Source: Octopus bimaculoides (lineage: Eukaryota). From it: a stretch of DNA of 64,000 nt. The stretch spans positions 42,706,689-42,770,688 of the forward strand of contig NC_068991.1 in the NCBI RefSeq assembly GCF_001194135.2, written 5' to 3'. The translations under genes were made by a program, and so were the position numbers. Positions 60,580 to 64,000 of this stretch are shown here, piece after piece (positions within the stretch are counted from its first letter, which is position 1; the number at the start of each line of letters is the position of its first letter). Under the pieces are notes generated by a model. The model ran no database searches, had not been told where the DNA came from, and worked only from the letters and a program-made list of their open reading frames with translations.

Positions 60580-60974
60580 CTGAACCAATTTAACATGCAA
60601 AATGTATTCATATCTTATAGTGCAACACACTGAAAACAAGTTAGTTCCAGTTATTTTATTATATTGTTAAAGCAAGAGTTTGTGTTGAAATGCAGACGTC
60701 AAAACAAATTATACCTAAGGAATGTCAAATACTTGAAATCTGATTGACACTTCTAATGGACACTCTTGACTAGTTGTCACAGTGACCTGTCACCTAATGG
60801 CTTTTAAATAACACACAAGCCACTAGAGCAATTATAGATCATATGATCACAGGCATAAACCACCCAGAAAAGCTTTAATTACCATCTAAGCATGAACCAC
60901 AAAATAATGACATAGTAAGTGGTAATTTATGAATAAATAATAAACATTAAATTTTCTTCTTGCTTTTTACTATA

Positions 60975-61480
60975 CACATGCGCACTGCTGATGTGGCCGA
61001 TGACATTACCACCTGATTGGCACTCATGCCAGTGGAATGTTAAAAGCACATCCGAGTGTGATTGTTCCCAGGGCCACGGATTGGCTCCCATGCTGGTGGC
61101 ATGTAAAAAGCACTGTTCGAGCATGATCATTGCCAATGTCACCTCACCGGCACATGTGCCGGTGGCATGTGAAAAACAACATTCGAGCATGGTCATTTCC
61201 AGTGCTCCCAGATTGGCTTCTGTGCAGGTAGCACGTAAAAAATACCTTTTGAGCATAGTCGTTGCCAGAACCGCCTGACTGGCCCTCGTGCCAGTGGCAT
61301 GTAAAAGCACCCACAACACTCTCAGAGTGGTTGGCGTTAGGAAGGGCATCCAGCTGTAGAAACTTTGCCAGATCAGATTGAGCCTGGTGCAGCCTTCTGG
61401 CTCACTAGTCTTCAGTCAAACCATCCAACCCATGCCAGCATGGAAAGCAGATGTTAAACGATGATGATGCTGATGATGAT
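60975..61480 (+). mobile_element. Repeat C with an expanded array of 55-60 bp units
   Basis: gtggcatgt.aaaa.cac..ttcgagcat..tca units x about 5, then gttaggaagggcatccagc and (GAT)n tail. Confidence 0.85.
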
Positions 61481-61564
61481 GTATATATATATATATATAT
61501 ATAGTGAGAGTGAGAGATAAATAAACACAAAAATAGATACATACATAGATATATATATATATTT

Positions 61565-61873
61565 GAAGGAAACGGAAGATGGGTTTAGTAGAAATCTTTA
61601 TTCAGCACAATAATCGTTTCAACCCATCCTGCATCTGTTTCATAGGGGAAGGATATTGTGCATCTAGTTATGTTGCATCAATCAGTGCAGGCAGTGTCAC
61701 TGCAGGTGCTTGATGTAGAAAGAGATATCTCACTGGATATACTGAATTCTCTTTGGCATGTTGTTCTTGCTAGTTGTACAATATCCTACTCCTATGGGAT
61801 AGGCGCAGGATGGGTTGAAATGATTGTCACACTGAATCTAGTATTCATACTAAATCCATCTTTGGTTTCCTTC
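61565..61873. repeat. Diverged inverted repeat, arms of about 100 bp (possible Penelope inverted pseudo-LTRs or MITE)
   Basis: gaaggaaac..aatcgtttcaacccatcctgc..cataggggaaggatattgtgcatctag (61565-61667) versus the reverse complement of 61770-61873. Confidence 0.75.
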
Positions 61874-62149
61874 ATCAATAATAAACTCGACAAACACTGT
61901 GGATTTCCTGATGTAGATCCAGCAAAAATTATATCATTACTTTGGATGACATTAGGTAGCCCAAATGGTGAATGTGTTTTAATTGACATACTTATAGACA
62001 TATACCCAAAGTCCAAGTAGTTCTCCTGCCCATGAATTACACTGAACTCCTCTGTTGATGAAAAATCGCTCCAATACACCACGATGTTCAAAGCTTTTGA
62101 ACCTTTTGAACTTTTCGTAACTTTTTTATACTTTCTAAACTTTTTTTGC

Positions 62150-62345
62150 CATGATAGATCGCTAACCACTACACATTCTTTATTTTCTCTCCCTGTTTCT
62201 TTCTGTGTTCCTTTCTGTAGAAGAGCATAGGCTCGAAACGTTAAAGACTTTTTCACTTCTCAAGCATCAAACTAATACATCTGCTTGTTGTCTACACCAC
62301 CTGTCTTTGTCTTTTGTGTTTTTGTGAATTCTCCCTATATATATA
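62150..62345 (+). mobile_element. Penelope-like terminal repeat family P1
   Basis: Matches the reverse complement of 23530-23720; ends gaattctccc(TA)n. Confidence 0.75.
62211..62246 (+). ncRNA. Minimal type-I hammerhead-like motif, variant core (best-preserved copy)
   Basis: CTTT-CTGTAGA-A-GAGC-ATAG-GCTC-GAAAC-GTT-AAAG: stem I CTTT/AAAG, stem II GAGC/GCTC, palindromic AACGTT; U instead of A at core position 6. Confidence 0.6.
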
Positions 62346-63249
62346 TGTGGAAAAAAAGTCAAGGTAGAAAATGCTAAGATAATTTTATAAAAAACATTTC
62401 AGTACAGGTTTCAGTCATTGAGACTTTTTCAACTGTAAGTATGGAAAACAATTAAATTTTGGAAATATTAAAAGAAAAGTTTTTTAAAAGAATATTTGCA
62501 TAGTATTCAAATACAAGGGGTGTTTTCCTTGTTTCTGTCTTTCTTCTTTACTCTTGTGGGTTCAAGGTCGTTGTGAATTCTTGGCAGAGAAGAAGAAGAA
62601 AAAAAAGAAGGAGGAGGAGGAGGAGGAGNNNNNNNNNNNNNNNNNNNNNNNNNNNNNNNNNNNNNNNNNNNNNNNNNNNNNNNNNNNNNNNNNNNNNNNN
62701 NNNNNNNNNNNNNNNNNNNNNNNNNNNNNNNNNNNNNNNNNNNNNNNNNNNNNNNNNNNNNNNNNNNNNNNNNNNNNNNNNNNNNNNNNNNNNNNNNNNN
62801 NNNNNNNNNNNNNNNNNNNNNNNNNNNNNNNNNNNNNNNNNNNNNNNNNNNNNNNNNNNNNNNNNNNNNNNNNNNNNNNNNNNNNNNNNNNNNNNNNNNN
62901 NNNNNNNNNNNNNNNNNNNNNNNNNNNNNNNNNNNNNNNNNNNNNNNNNNNNNNNNNNNNNNNNNNNNNNNNNNNNNNNNNNNNNNNNNNNNNNNNNNNN
63001 NNNNNNNNNNNNNNNNNNNNNNNNNNNNNNNNNNNNNNNNNNNNNNNNNNNNNNNNNNNNNNNNNNNNNNNNNNNNNNNNNNNNNNNNNNNNNNNNNNNN
63101 NNNNNNNNNNNNNNNNNNNNNNNNNNNNNNNNNNNNNNNNNNNNNNNNNNNNNNNNNNNNNNNNNNNNNNNNNNNNNNNNNNNNNNNNNNNNNNNNNNNN
63201 NNNNNNNNNNNNNNNNNNNNNNNNNNNNNNNNNNNNNNNNTATATATAT

Positions 63250-63440
63250 ACATGTGATGCCACATAAAAGTATCCAGCACATTCTATAATGTGGTTGGTA
63301 TTAGGAAGGGCATCCAGCCATAGAAACCATGCCAAATCAGACTGGAGTCTGGTGCAGCTCTTCAGCTTGCCAGCTCTGGTCAAACCATCCAACCCATGCC
63401 AGCATGGACAACAGACCTTAAATGGTGATGATGATGAAAT
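63250..63440 (+). mobile_element. Repeat C copy
   Basis: ttaggaagggcatccagccatagaaacc..ccatgccagcatggacaacagaccttaaatggtgatgatgatg. Confidence 0.8.
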
Positions 63441-63875
63441 GTGGACATTTTTTGGTATTATTTATTCTCCTTTACACATGCTTCATTTGCTAATAGGAAC
63501 TACAAAAATTTACATGTTAGATACACATGTAAGGAATTTAAAAATTCGTCAGACAGAAAATTTTTTTTTATAATGTTTCTCTCTGTGTGATGAATTTCTA
63601 ACAGGAAATTTCTTACATGTTATCTAGACATGTAAATCTTTGTAATTCCTATTGGCAAATGGAACATGTTTAATGAAGAATAAATAATACCAAAAAATGT
63701 CCACATCCCTATTTTGTTATTCAAGAACTCTGCAAATAATATTTCAATAATTCTCAATTTTGATACGTATTTTAACTAACATACAGCAGCAAGTATGGAT
63801 ATTATTGATTGTAATAATAGAAATAAACAGATGTGCTTCAAGGAGAAACAGCTGGGATTTACCCTAAATGCTTAT

Positions 63876-63910
<35 letters not shown>

Positions 63911-63924
63911 ACTTTTATAAGTAA

Positions 63925-63968
63925 TATTCTAAAAGAAATATTCTAAAAGAAATATTCTAAAAGAATAT
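63925..63968. repeat. 14-bp tandem repeat (ATATTCTAAAAGAA) x 3
   Basis: Direct reading. Confidence 0.85.
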
Positions 63969-64000
63969 ATAACTGAACTTATGTTGAGTGCTCAATTATC

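Noticed and set aside
61792-62256. 154-aa minus ORF and 120-aa plus ORF (61658..62020)
   Set aside because: They overlap the inverted repeat and the P1 terminus; no recognisable domain.
1-64000. Bacterial/viral insert, NUMT, rRNA or reflectin/protocadherin/zinc-finger genes
   Set aside because: No gene-dense or GC-shifted segment and no recognisable motifs for these anywhere in the readable sequence; content inside the gaps cannot be assessed.

Overview
AT-rich, repeat-dominated animal genomic DNA from a gapped short-read scaffold, with 12 N-runs, many flanked by (TA)n/(CATA)n-type microsatellites. The tRNA-headed SINE families, RTE tails and microsatellite load look like an octopus (coleoid cephalopod) genome; this is inference from repeat style, not a database match. 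No long genuine ORF, rRNA, true tRNA gene or CRISPR array is supportable. Contents: (i) dozens of copies of at least three tRNA-derived SINE families, labelled here A, B/B2 and D; (ii) decayed LINE pieces (L1/Tx1, several RTE, one restriction-like-endonuclease fragment), with evidence that repeat 'C' is an RTE 3' UTR; (iii) three mariner remnants, hAT elements (one with perfect TIRs and TSD), a Helitron-like 5' end, a piggyBac-like end and a possible pogo/Tigger remnant; (iv) a few low-confidence minus-strand exon candidates of an unidentified host gene. The most notable signal is five minimal type-I hammerhead-ribozyme-like motifs (CUG[A/U]NGA + extra A + stem II + GAAAC + GUH, no stem III loop) in Penelope-like termini. 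One sits at the 3' end of a Pol III tRNA-headed SINE, suggesting a ribozyme-bearing, Penelope-mobilised SINE system. All alignments and translations were done by eye; family labels A-H and P1 are my own and most repeat boundaries are approximate.
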